Assembly (NCBI GenBank): GCA_012295275.1
Contig: CM022671.1
Span: 31,310,001 to 31,374,000 of the forward strand
Length of the DNA stretch: 64,000 nucleotides
Source: Chrysomallon squamiferum
Taxonomy: Eukaryota; Animalia; Mollusca
Direction: 5' to 3'
In this document: positions 45,001-57,580 of the stretch, piece by piece
Layout of the letters: every line of letters starts with the position of its first letter
How positions within the stretch are numbered: the stretch's first letter is position 1
Translations under genes and position numbers: made by a program
The notes under the pieces: generated by a model
Seen by the model: the letters and a program-made list of their open reading frames with translations, nothing else
The model's database searches: none
Told to the model about the DNA's origin: nothing

Positions 45001-48000
45001 AAAGGAACAGACCAAGACCACTTCCAGTGTTTTGGGAAGTTCCAATTGTTGTTGAAAAGAATCCAGCTATTGCTGATGAACCACCTGTTGTTTCAGAAAC
45101 AAAAGAAAAAGATGAGGAGAAACCTGAAGATTTGAAAGAAACCAAACCAGATGATGATAAGGATAAAACTGAAGAGGCTGTTGAAACAAAAGATGATGAA
45201 AAAGTTGAAGAAAAAAATGAAGTTGATAAAGAAGTGAAAGATGATAATGAAAAGGAGCAAGATTCAGCAGAACCAGAAAACAAGAAGAAAAAGAAAAAGA
45301 AGACCATTGCTGTTGTCAGTAAGAAAGCATCCAAGCCCCCATCTAAAGGATTAAAGACTCCTAAAGCACCCAAATTGCCAAAGGCAAGCAAATCAAGTAA
45401 ACCTCAAAAGACACCCAAAAGTCCAAAAGTGATGAAGTCACCAAAATCTCCTAAAGAACTGAAGAATCCAAAGTCTCCTAAAGAATTGAGAAGTCCAAAA
45501 TCTCCTAAAGATTTGAGAAGTCCAAAGTCACCAAAAGATCTGAAAAGCCCCAAATCACCAAAAGGCAAACCAAAATCACCTAAAGTCACAAAATCTCAGG
45601 GTGCTAAGAAAAAGGCTGAGAAATCTGACAATAAAAAAGACACCAACACTGAAAATGAGGGAAAGAACAGCAAAAAGAAGACTGCTCAAAGCAAGAAGAA
45701 GGTTCCTGCCAAGAAAAAAGAAGTTAAGCCAAAGGAAGATAAGTCACAGAAAGCTAAAAAGAAGAAGAAGAAGATTACAAAGGCAGCTGAATCTCCAGTG
45801 ATTGAGGAGAAGATTAAGCCTGCCTCTCCTGACACTGTGACCACTGAGGCGACAGCAGAAATAGTAGCAACAGCAGAAGAACTGGATCAGGTTCCAGAGG
45901 CAGTGGTGGACCATGTCAGTGCCACAGTTGAGGTCACAAATGAAACAGAGCCTTCAAAGCTGATAGATGATGAAGACAATTCTGTCACAGCTGAAGAGGT
46001 TGCTACTGATGATATATATGAAACATCAATGTACAGTCAGTCAGAGATTAAAGAGGAAGAGATGTCACCTGGGCAGGCCCAGCAGGAAGCCATTGACAGG
46101 TCACTGGAGGAAAATCCTGTCGTTGATGATGCAGAACGGGATGGTGTAAATGACCCTAAGAGATCCTACACACCAGGAGAAATTGCAGCAGTTGTAGGTG
46201 ACCAGACAATCGATGACGAAGAACCTCGATCCTTGTCCTCAGATGATGAAGTCAGCACTGATATACCTCTTACTCCTCCACGAGCACCAGCTCCTCCACC
46301 TCCACAGAGTCCTTCTGATGAAGAGGAAGTGCAATCTCCAGGCATTACATCAGAAGTGCCAGCTGTCCAGCCAGAAGTGGAGAGCACATCATTTCCTCCA
46401 AAAGATCAACAGAATCTGGACTTAGATGCTCAACCATTGTCACAACCAATGTCTCAACCAATGTCTCAGCAGCCACTGTCACAACCACCGTTGTCACAGC
46501 AACCAATGTCACAGCAGCCAATGTCACAGCAGCCAATGTCACAACAGCCAATGTCACAGCAACCCATGTCACAGCAACCCATGTCTCAGCCCATGTCACA
46601 ACCACAGTCTGTTGAACAACCTCATGGCAGCAATGAACCGTCAACCATTGAAACAGCTGAAGATCGACCCACGTACGAAGCTATAGCGCCAACCACTGGT
46701 GCCCCAGACGTGGACAAAGACTATCTCAACCAGTATCTTCAAGATCTGAGTGTTCAAGGCAGTGCAGCAAGAGAAGCTATGCCTGAGGAGGCTAATCGTC
46801 TACAAAGACTAGAAGACCTTGCAGAAAAGCCTCATGAGGATAGTAGAGATCTGACGCGCCCAGCCTCTGTGACTAATAGTGTTATTCCTCACTCCAGTAT
46901 GCAGCCTTTCCCAACCGATTTATCTCACAAGAGAATGGAAATTCTCACATGTGACCGCTCCCAGGAACAGCACTATAGCAGGGACACAGCATCGGCAATG
47001 CCATCCAGGCTTCCAGAGTCTCCATACGATACTTTTGGTGCTGTTAACCCATTGCATTCTGTTACCAGGGACAATACGTTTCTTCGGTCAAATGAACCCA
47101 TCTTCTCAGTTCCAACCAGTGCCACACCATTCATGCATCTCTCTCAGAGTGAAGCCATGCTTCAGAGGCAGAGGATGGCCACTCCTTTCCTATCTCAGAA
47201 TGACAGGATGGCACTGAATCGTATTCCTGATACCCCACTGCGGCCATCTAATCCAGCTTTGCTTCGAAGGTCAACGACCATGCCCAGTACAGACATGTTT
47301 TCAGGTACAGCCATGGCTCAAGCCATGCCGAGAAATCCATTCACAAGCTCGTGGTCAGGTCAGGATGTTCGTCCACATCACTGGACACAACCTTCGTACT
47401 TACCAAGGGCAACCAATCCAGCTACAGCTCCGTTCTTCTCCAAAGACAACTACCTCGCAGGACGGGAGCTCATGTTTGACCCATCACGGTCGATAACAGA
47501 GAGAAATATGTTCGCTAACTTGTCCTCCCCTCAGCCACAGAGAGATCTTACCACAGAAACTTTCCCCACGCTGGAAAGATTTGATCTCGGTTACTTCGGA
47601 AGTCACGGCTTTTCAGGGGCCAGTTCGCTGGACTACAGCCGGACGAGTCACGGAACAGCTCAGAAAGCTTTCGACGAGCGCTACCGACAGACAGCCGGTG
47701 CAGGAATGGGGGATTTCAGGGCCCTCCCCCAGAACTCCTCCACCGATATGTTTGGTACGATTGGTGTAAATAGTGGTTTTAATCTCGACAAGTACATGTA
47801 CCCCAGAGACCCTGTGTACCACCCTCCGCACGTGTCGGAGAACACAAATAGTGCTTTTCTCACACACAGTACACCAACCCAGCATTCTCTGTTTGAAAGG
47901 GACTACTCACGGGGGCTGTACCCGCACCAGAACAGTCCCTACCCTTTCATAGACGAGCGGCAGTACCCGGCAGCTGCGAAGCTCTCACACACAACTTCTC

Positions 48001-48116
48001 CTGCCATGACACAGGAAAGAGATTTCATGTCAAGGACAAATTCAGCAGAAACACCAATTCAGGATCCATATCGCATGGGTGGGATGTTGTATATGAATAG
48101 ATACACGTTCGAATAG
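37912..48116 (+). CDS. Large C2H2 zinc-finger protein (~2144 aa, 12 fingers; last finger ZFP91/ZNF653/ZNF692/ZNF276-like)
   Basis: Exon 37912-40813 (..HEITHTG|gtacgt) joins exon 44584-48116 (cag|GT GAA CGT AAT TAC..) in frame, 6435 nt in total. Fingers run from [22 protein letters not shown] to [21 protein letters not shown] (compare ZFP91 CEICGFTCRQKASLNWHMKKH). The true N-terminus is uncertain. Confidence 0.9.
39448..39684 (+). repeat. Coding 21-bp repeat (SKDSExx heptads, ~11 copies)
   Basis: tctaaagattctga recurs every 21 nt; protein [25 protein letters not shown]... Confidence 0.85.
40860..41520. repeat. Degenerate AT-rich tandem repeat with ~245-bp higher-order unit
   Basis: cagaatatgat...atatttatataataatttt..aaaaagt...gaaagt occurs at ~40878 and ~41122, with shorter aataactcatagata-like sub-units. 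Confidence 0.5.
42061..42791. mobile_element. TcMar-Tigger/pogo-like non-autonomous element (MITE)
   Basis: Left end accttgacttacgag (outer bases replaced by (TA)n at 42021-42060) is an imperfect inverted repeat of the right end ctcataagttgaggtaccactg. The CAGTGGTACCT terminus and subterminal ctcgtaagt repeats are Tigger-like. Confidence 0.7.
45411..45584 (+). repeat. Coding SPK-rich repeat (27-bp, KSPKSPKxL units)
   Basis: [58 protein letters not shown]. Confidence 0.85.
46431..46607 (+). repeat. Coding 15-bp repeat (QQPMS pentapeptide)
   Basis: [59 protein letters not shown]. Confidence 0.85.
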
Positions 48117-48847
48117 TAGAAGAATGTGTTTTGACAAAAATGTTTATTATTCGTAAAAAGAGAAAGAAAAAGGCTATAGTATTTGTACTCTTTGTCAGAT
48201 GATGTTTGTGATTAATTATATTTCACATATACAGAACATTTTTGCTGTATGTTACATAGATGATGGATATTTCTGTTACTTATATCCCATGTTAGTGTAG
48301 GATATGTTACATATTCATCTCTTCCTCATCAATGCAATGTTGATTTATAACATATTCAGTGGTTTTATTTGCTTATTTTATTTGAAGAAGAACGTTTTCT
48401 GTTTACAAAGTATTATTGTTAAAAGTTCTTTAAATTTTTTTCATTTAAACGAGAAAGAAAACCTTCACTGCAGTAATGAATATTTAATAATAATAATGAA
48501 AAAATAATAATAATAATCATAGTAATAATAGTAATAATCATATTGGGGTGGGAATTTGGGGTGTTATTTTTTTTTTTTTTTTTTTTTTTAGAAACATTTG
48601 TTGTGGTAGAACCCCACCTACTCGTTCCTGCAAACTGCCAATAACTATTTTTAATTCTTCAAATGACCAAATTCAGAACTGAAAATTTGATACACTTGTC
48701 AGTTATTTTCTTACTGCAGTAATAACAACAGTGGTATTGTGAATTTTTAGTATTATTTTTTACTTTTATAATTTTTTTAAGTTTTTTGTTAGAGATCAGT
48801 TTGTATGCATTAATCAATTAATTAATTAATAATAATTACTATTATTG

Positions 48848-48879
<32 letters not shown>

Positions 48880-49700
48880 GTTATTATTATTATTATTATT
48901 TGGAGACAACTAAAAATCATCTAAAACAATATTTCAGAGTAAAAAAAAATTCAACTTTTATTTATTTTATTTAGATTATTATGTTGGTTAAATGAATTTA
49001 TCCCCTATTAAGTTAATCCCTTTGTCTTGTTGTTAATTATTATTATCTTCTCTTATTTGTGGGGTGTTGGTGCTATGATGTACTGATCAGTTGATTTAAC
49101 ATGGGTAGGGTTACTTCTTTTTATCTGTTTCAGATTTTTTTTTTATTATTGTTTCAGTTTTTGTTATTATTTTTATTTTTTCATTTTTGGGGTTCATGGG
49201 GGAGGAATATGTTTCATACTGTTTTTACTGAAGCTATATATATATATTTTATAAATTATTATTTTATTATATTACTTTATTTATTCTTTTATTCTATTAT
49301 TATTTATTTATCGTATTTTACCATAAATAAACATAAAAAGGTAACAGATGTTTGTATCTCGATGTAATTTATTGCACGTTTCAGTATTGATCATCACCCA
49401 TAGAAATGCTACGTAATTTATCTACAGCAATAATGTAAGGGTTTAATTTGTGTTTTTTATTATTATTATTATTATGATTATGATTATTATTAATATTTTT
49501 TTTATTATTTTTATTATTATTAGCAGTAGTAGTAGTACTTTTTTATTATTATTTTTTTTTTTTTAATAATTTCCAGAAAAAGGATACCAAAAGAAAAATA
49601 TCAAAAATGCAGCTGACTCTCTAAGATGTTTGTATTTCTTATTCTTTTTGTTCCAGTAATTTTTATTAATGTTTTTTCTCTCAATTTCATTTTATTTTTT

Positions 49701-49737
<37 letters not shown>

Positions 49738-50044
49738 TTATATATATATATTTTTTTTTAAATACCCTGCACAAAAAAAAAAAAAAAAAAATCTGCTTTT
49801 CTGAAAACAAAGCTGAACTTTTCATCACTTGAAAGAATTTTTTTTTAATTCATATTCAGGGTAAATAAATTCATTATTTTAAACCTTTTTAATGATGATT
49901 ACTATTAACATTTTTATTTTTATTTTTAATTTTTTTTAATTATATGCATTTGATATTTTTATCTTGAGGATCAAAAAAATATATATGTTATGGCAGCTTA
50001 GATCTTTATTTTATTATTATGTTTTATTTGTTGATAGGGGTATA

Positions 50045-50079
<35 letters not shown>

Positions 50080-52396
50080 ATTCATATTTTTAAAGATTTT
50101 TAATTTAATTTTTTTTTTTTTTTTTAATTGTCTTCCTTTGTTTATGCACAGTAGGGTGTACATGGTGGCAAGGATTAAAATGATATTATGTAAATTAGGG
50201 TAAATGGATTTTCTTTTGTCGAGATGATCATATCGGAAATTGAACAAATGGAAAGGGCTATATGTGTGAATCACTGTTCAGTGAAAATAGAATCTTGCTT
50301 CCAACCAGGATGAATGTCAAAATGATACGTTTCAACAAAACCATTGTCTCAGTTTTTTACCAAGACTTTTTATTATTTTACACTAACCATTAAATGGTTT
50401 TATAAACTAAATATCTTGCACATGATTGGATAATCTTGTCAATGATTGGCACTTTGTTCTTAGATAGTTTAAAAAAAATAATTTAAAAAGAAAAATGTTG
50501 TAGGGTATTTTTTGAGGTTTTATTTTTCAATTTCTATTATTGTTATAATAGTGAAATTATATTTTTGTCTATTATTATTATTATTATTTATTCATTTTTT
50601 TTGTTTGTTTTTTAAATATAAATAATAAAATTATAATTGTGTTCATCATGATTCATTACCATTGTGCTGGTTGTACATTTAACTTTATCATTATAATAAT
50701 ATTTTAATATATTCATTGTGTTGTCATGCACTTTAAACTTCATTGTTCCCATTTATGTACCTTTTTTTCTTTTCTTTTATTTATAATACTTATTGTTTTT
50801 TCTAATTTATTATTATTATGATTGGTTTTTTTAATCATAGCAATATGTTTTTAACTTATCAATATTGCATTGGTGAATGAGACAACTTGTGTATCTGAAC
50901 ATGTTCATGGAACTAACATACTGTGTCAAGGTTAACATTTTATTTATGTTTTCTTTCAGGGAAAATATTAAAAAATTAAATAACTTAAAAATGCAAAGCT
51001 TGATGCACTTTAGAAGTACATTTTAATATAAAAATGTACATAGATCTTTTTTTTTCCCCCTTATTTAAATTATGTTAATAATTATGATGTTGATTTTTGC
51101 TGCCCAGAGTTATGGTTCTTTACTTTGGTGTTGATGGAGTTATCAACCCTGAACAAAAGGCAGATGGCCTTTCAAAATAATAACAAACATGGATGCACTT
51201 TTACAGTATACAAATTACTTAAATATATTATTATAGTGAATAAATTACTTACAACATTTAAGTAACTGAATATTCAATAATTTTTTTTTTAATATACATA
51301 TATTTTTTAATATCATTGTTTTTGATAACTTCAATCAGATTTTTATTTTAGACTGTACATACAAAAACATTTTCTATTTTATTTTATCTTTACACTTTGG
51401 GTGGGTGGAGCAGTAAAACAGAAAGTCCATGCTGTGTTCTTTGGACAGGATTATATCCACTGCATGCATTATTTATTTATGTGCAGAAAAGAAAAGACAC
51501 AAAAAATTATCATTCAGAATGATCATCATGGAATATATACCAAAATGGCAGCAGTTTTTGACTCTCTAGATACCTATCTCTTTTGCAGTGCATGATGGGA
51601 ACATAAGCTGATTATGTGACATTGTTTTAGAATAGGTTATACATACATATATATATTCGTTTTGTATCAAAGTGTTTTTTTTTTTAAAATATGCATTGAT
51701 CGTTACATGTAAATGATCAGATTGCAACCACAGTGTTTTAAACCACATGTTTCTTTCTATTGAATGTCATATACATTGTGTGAATGTTTGTTATGGCTGC
51801 CACTATATATATAGGTAGCCGTGTACAAAAAATAATTTGTTGTTACGAGTGACATTTTGCTCGATTTTTACAAAAAAAAAATTAAAAATTATTATTGTAG
51901 TAGATTCTTTTCTTCATGCCATTGCATTCATAATAATAATAATAATAAATATTGTTGTTATTATTATTATTAATATTATCATGTGACCCCAAAAATGTGT
52001 ATGGGAATGATTTTGTTTTAATTTTTATAATTAAATTAATGAATGTTTTAGTGTAAGTTCATTTTAGAAGTATATTTTTCATTTTGTTTCCTTTAATTTT
52101 TTTCTTAAGTTACTTGCATTGTTAAATCATTTTTCTGTTGGTTCTTTTTTTAAAAGATATATAATAATTTGTGTAATTATTAAAGACATTTGATAATATT
52201 AATATATCATATACTCATTGTATTGTAAATAACATTTAAAAACAAAAAAAGAGATGTGTTTTTAATTGTAAAGTAATCTCGTTTTTTATGGCCATCTTGT
52301 GGTTGTGTTGTGGCTGTTTCTTTTCTTTTATTTTTATTTTTATTTTTTTTTTTATGTTTATTTTATTCCCTCTTGGTTTTTAAAAAGTATTTTACA

Positions 52397-52434
<38 letters not shown>

Positions 52435-52659
52435 GTACAATATTGTAGCATTTAGTTTTGATGTAACATTCTGATAATAGCCTTTTTGTCTTCTAACAAA
52501 GCATAATATATATATTATGTTCAGCCTCATATCTGGCTTGATTCATTCGCCTTTTCACAGTGGTAAAGTAATTTTGATTTCATATCTCCATCCTTCAGTC
52601 TCCATTGAAATCAATTTATTTGTTTGTTTTATATTAATAATACTAATTATAATAATAAC

Positions 52660-52719
<60 letters not shown>

Positions 52720-53421
52720 CAAGAAACTATTTTAAAGAAATCTGAATTGTTTTTTAACATCTAGTTTATAACTGTTTAGTATTTTTCTTTTTTTTTTTTT
52801 TCTTTTTTTTTTACTTTAATTTTAAAATATTATTATTATGTTTTTAATTATTAGTGTTATATTTTTAAATTCTGTCCATTAAAACCAGGTTGATTTATAA
52901 ACAGCTGTACATTTTGATCATATTCATTTTGTATTTATTATTATTATTATTTTTTTTTTTAAGAAGAGCTTAGAACAGTATATATTTTGAAAGTGTTAAT
53001 GAATGTTTATTTAAGGTATGCTTTTTATTAAAGAATACATTTTCATTTACACTACATAGATTATTTTCATCTTATAATACTGAGATCTTTGAAAGCCTTG
53101 CAACAAAATGTAATAAGCATAAGAGTTAAAAAATAAATAAAAGACAAATAAACCTTTATCATTAGAGATTATTTAGAATTAACTCCCTTCATAATCATTA
53201 ATTATATCCCCTTATAAGTAACTTTGTGGATTACTGTATTAGATAATAATTTTAAAAAATAGCATTGTTATAATAATATAGAACAATCTTATATTAAATG
53301 ATTTTCACAATTTTAAACAAAAATAAGGTAATTAGATATGATGGTTGGGCTAGAATTTTAGAATTTTCAATTGACAATCTGTATATGTAAAATAAAGGGT
53401 CAAATATTCTTTCTGAATATA

Positions 53422-53454
<33 letters not shown>

Positions 53455-54232
53455 AAAAAACTTGCTGTTTGTAGTTTTTGGTAATTATTTGTGATATTGT
53501 GTTAACCATTTTTAGTACTTTAAAATACATTTGTGAACAAACAAATTTATAAATTTTATAATTTTTATATCCTGTTATTAACTGATTATTGATGTTTAAT
53601 CTTACATGTTTGTAACTGTCTTTTCTTAATTTCTTTCTTTCTTTCCGTTGGGAGGTAGTGGATAACAATGGGATATATATATATATATATATAAAAATTG
53701 TTTAATAACTAGAACTGAATTTAACTACTTAAATTGGGACAGCAGCTCTAGTTAAAATTCATTTTACTTCTGCTATGTTTCTAGGATTGAATCAGCTGCT
53801 GTATTGTATGGAGGATTTATCAAGTACAGTTGTTTTCAATGAGCTTGTTCATATTACATAAAGCTATTTTTTTATTTTAATTTTTTTTTTTTAAACTTAT
53901 TACTATTATTTTTAAAAATATCTTTAGAGTCAAGTTTTAATTCTGATATTAAACTAGTAAAACATTCTAACGGTAATATAAAGATTATTGTTTATAAGGT
54001 CCCTACAGTACTTACATATCTTTAATACTATTAAACCTTCATTTTACTAAATATTCATCAAGTCAATGTAATGCATGTAAAACCTATTCTGTATTACACC
54101 AGTTTGAATTAACTGTTTATAGCATAAATTGGTTTTTGTTTAACCATAAATTTTACATTGTTTTTGTAAGAGAAAATTTCTTAAACTGGACTAAGCACCA
54201 GGTTGTTAAATTATAACATATTATTATTATTA

Positions 54233-54290
<58 letters not shown>

Positions 54291-54800
54291 GCACCTTTTA
54301 CATTGTTATTTTATCAAATACAGATCCTTCCATAAAAAGCAAACAAAAATAACATTTTAGTAAAATACTTTTTTATTTCTGTTCATTTTATTCTCTTCAA
54401 GTTGTATTTTATTTATTTTTAATATAAAAAAGAAAGAAAACAAACAAAAGTTTTTACCAAAAAAAAAAATGCAGAAGAAACCAACCCATGTAATATTGTT
54501 GAGATTTTTACTATTAAGTTTTTAATTATGTTTTGAAGCAAATGAACATCTTTATTTTACTTTGTTTTATGTTAATGTATTTTGTTGATTTAGAACATTT
54601 ACCAGAATTCATTTTTAATTTTCATGAAATCCTTCATCACACTTTTATTAGATAATTTTAGAATATTTTTATACATAAAAGGTGCTCTTTTCACAGATTT
54701 TATATGTTTTCTTTGAAAGAACAACTGTCTTTGTTTATTTACCTCCTGTGATGTCACTCTAATTCAGTGTGCACTCTGTTCTTAAAAACCTAAGGATTAG

Positions 54801-55075
54801 CATGTTCCATTAAAGCTGTGCAGCCTAAGTGTAAACATTTTCAATAAAGCTGTGCAGACTAAGTATTAACATTTTCAGTAAATTTGTGCAGCCTAAGTTA
54901 GTATATTCGTAAAAAACTGTGTAGCCCAAGTTAACATTTTTCAGCAAAGCTGTGTTGCTGGAGTGTTAACATTTTCATTAAGGCTGTACAGTCTAATTAT
55001 TAACATTTTCATTGAAGTTGTGATTCTAAGAGTTAATATTTTCAGTAAAGCTGTGCAGCCTGTAATTAAACATTA
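54801..55075. repeat. ~34-bp minisatellite, ~8 diverged copies
   Basis: Consensus approximately acattttcagtaaagctgtgcagcctaagtgtta, repeated head-to-tail. Confidence 0.8.
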
Positions 55076-56766
55076 TTTAAGAAATAATAATAATAATAAT
55101 GTTTGTAATCATGTTTACTAGTAATTGTGGTTAAAAAATAACTGAATAATATTTAATGTAACAATACTGTGAAACCAGCCTTTCCTAATAATAAAATATA
55201 ACAGTATTTACCAAAGAAATGTTTTTATTAATTTTAATTTTTTTTTTCTCCCATTACTAGCAATAATTAAATAATTTAAAAGGCTCATGATGAATTGTTT
55301 TATTGGATGCTTGTTGTTATTATTGGCAAAGGTTGGTTTTCAAAATTCAGTAAATTCAATCACTGAAGAATTAAAAAAAAGAAGAATTTAGGCCTTTGGT
55401 ACTAGCAAAATGTATAATTCTAACTTTGAAATTCTACCACTTGAGTGCAGATTAATAATTTTACTTTTTTACTTTTTAAAATCCGTAAGACATGGCTGTT
55501 TCAAAAATCAGTAAATCAGAGTTGTGAAAAATGATTGATAATTAAAAATAATCAATTCAAACGTGGAATAAACGTTATTTATTTTCATCAACACAATATT
55601 TGTAAAGCTAATACTTGGTTTTAAATTAATTTATGTTGGAGATAAAATTAAAGTTTTATAGATAAATTTATTCTTTGTGTAAAATAAAAAGGTCACAAAA
55701 TAAATTTTAATTTGAGAATATGATTTTTTAAACAGTATAAATAGGGTTTTATTTCTTTATTTTTTAAAATTAATTTGCATTTTATTGTAACCATTGATAA
55801 ATTATTGTTTATTATCTCACTTTTTTTGTTTTGTAAAAACATTTTAAACTGTTGTGAATTTTTAAAGGCCAGTACAGTAAAATGGCATACTTACGTTTGT
55901 TGTGTTTCTGTTTTCAAATATTGAAAATATAATTTTTTTTCAAAATTAATTTTGCTCATTTAATTGGCATCATTTTAACAGGAGTTGAAATTTAACATAC
56001 TATTTTATTTATTAATGAGAAACAGTATTTTCTCACCTACATTTAGAACACAGTTGTGAATACATAAACTATAATAATCATGTGATGGTACAAAGTTATA
56101 ATTTTGAAAAACTGTTATACCTAAGGAGTTGCTAGCATACTAAAACTAGTACACTAAAGATGTATAATTTTTAATTTAACTATTATGAAACTTTTTTTTT
56201 TTTAACCCAGTATGTAGAGGGGAATTTCTCACATCTTGATACTAACATCATTTTTCTTTATAAAAATTCAAAGGTTATTTCAATTCATCACAAGGTGTGG
56301 AATATTTAAAATTAAAATGCATTTCTGCTATTTAATTTTTTCAGTTTTATTATTATTTATTTTAAATATAATTCATAATTCACTAATAATCATTTCAGCT
56401 CCTGTATTTTATCTGTGTTACTAAAACAAACATATTTTTGAAAAAAAATGTTTTCTTTTAATATTAGAAATCTTTGTCCATTCAAATTTGCTTGGTTTTG
56501 TACTTTTATTTTTTATTATTACTTTACATATTAACATCATTGCATACATTGAAAAAAAAAAAAAAAAACCTGCAAGTATTTCATCTGGTTCCTTTCCTGT
56601 GTTCTGTGTATCATGTATATACTTCCTCTTTATTCCGTAGGCTTGTTTGTGTATTGTTTAATATGAATAGATCATGTGAGGCAATAAATCAGGTCATTTG
56701 TGAAACTGATAGTGTGTTTTGAGTTTTATGTTCCAGCTAGTTGTTTGCAGTTTTATAATCTGTTAC

Positions 56767-56806
<40 letters not shown>

Positions 56807-57580
56807 ATCAATTTCATATAGTGGGTGTGGAATAAATATATATATATTCTAATATTTATTATAATTTATATTGGTTTTATTATTTTTTATATATCTTTTA
56901 ATTTATTCTGTGTTGGTTTTTTTGTTTCTTTTCTTTAGCATTTTTTAAGCTAAAATTATTTCTTCAGATTTCCTTCTTTTTCTGTTGCTTTTACGGTATT
57001 ATTTTAAATATGTAAGATTTTATTAAATTGGTAAAGTGAAAGAGATAACCATTTCACCTAACACTGCTACAATAATTTCACTCCATTTTATTAATGGCAT
57101 TACTTCTGGTTAAATCTTCATATAGCTCTTTTTATAATTAAAACAAAAGTACCAAATTTCAAAAAGAAGAAGTAAAAACATCAGTTTATTTTCGTCTAAA
57201 ATAATTTACTACCCATAATTTGAGATTTCTGATTCCATACAATATATTTCAAAAATTCATTCCCATTGAATAATCTTACCCACGTGTGCAAATATCATGG
57301 TAAAATAGCCAAAATATTTGTAATATCACAATTTGTTTTGAATATAAAATTTAAATATCTGTCATATCTAATGTTATATAGATGCTATAATGTTTCATTT
57401 CAATTTTATAGGCATCTAAATTAAATATTTGTTACATCCAAAGGCAAATCAGCACAGTGGGCAAATGTGTTCTTGAAAGTAACAGATAAGTAATTATTCA
57501 CTTCATTTTCATACATTCACGGGTGTCACCACACACTCAGAAAACAATTTTGTGTTAGAACACAGTCATCCTTCATTGCG

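Noticed and set aside
37989-47885. Many antisense and alternative-frame ORFs overlapping the zinc-finger exons
   Set aside because: Shadows of biased, repetitive coding sequence.
54801-55075. 34-bp repeats as a CRISPR array
   Set aside because: Contiguous diverged units without spacers.
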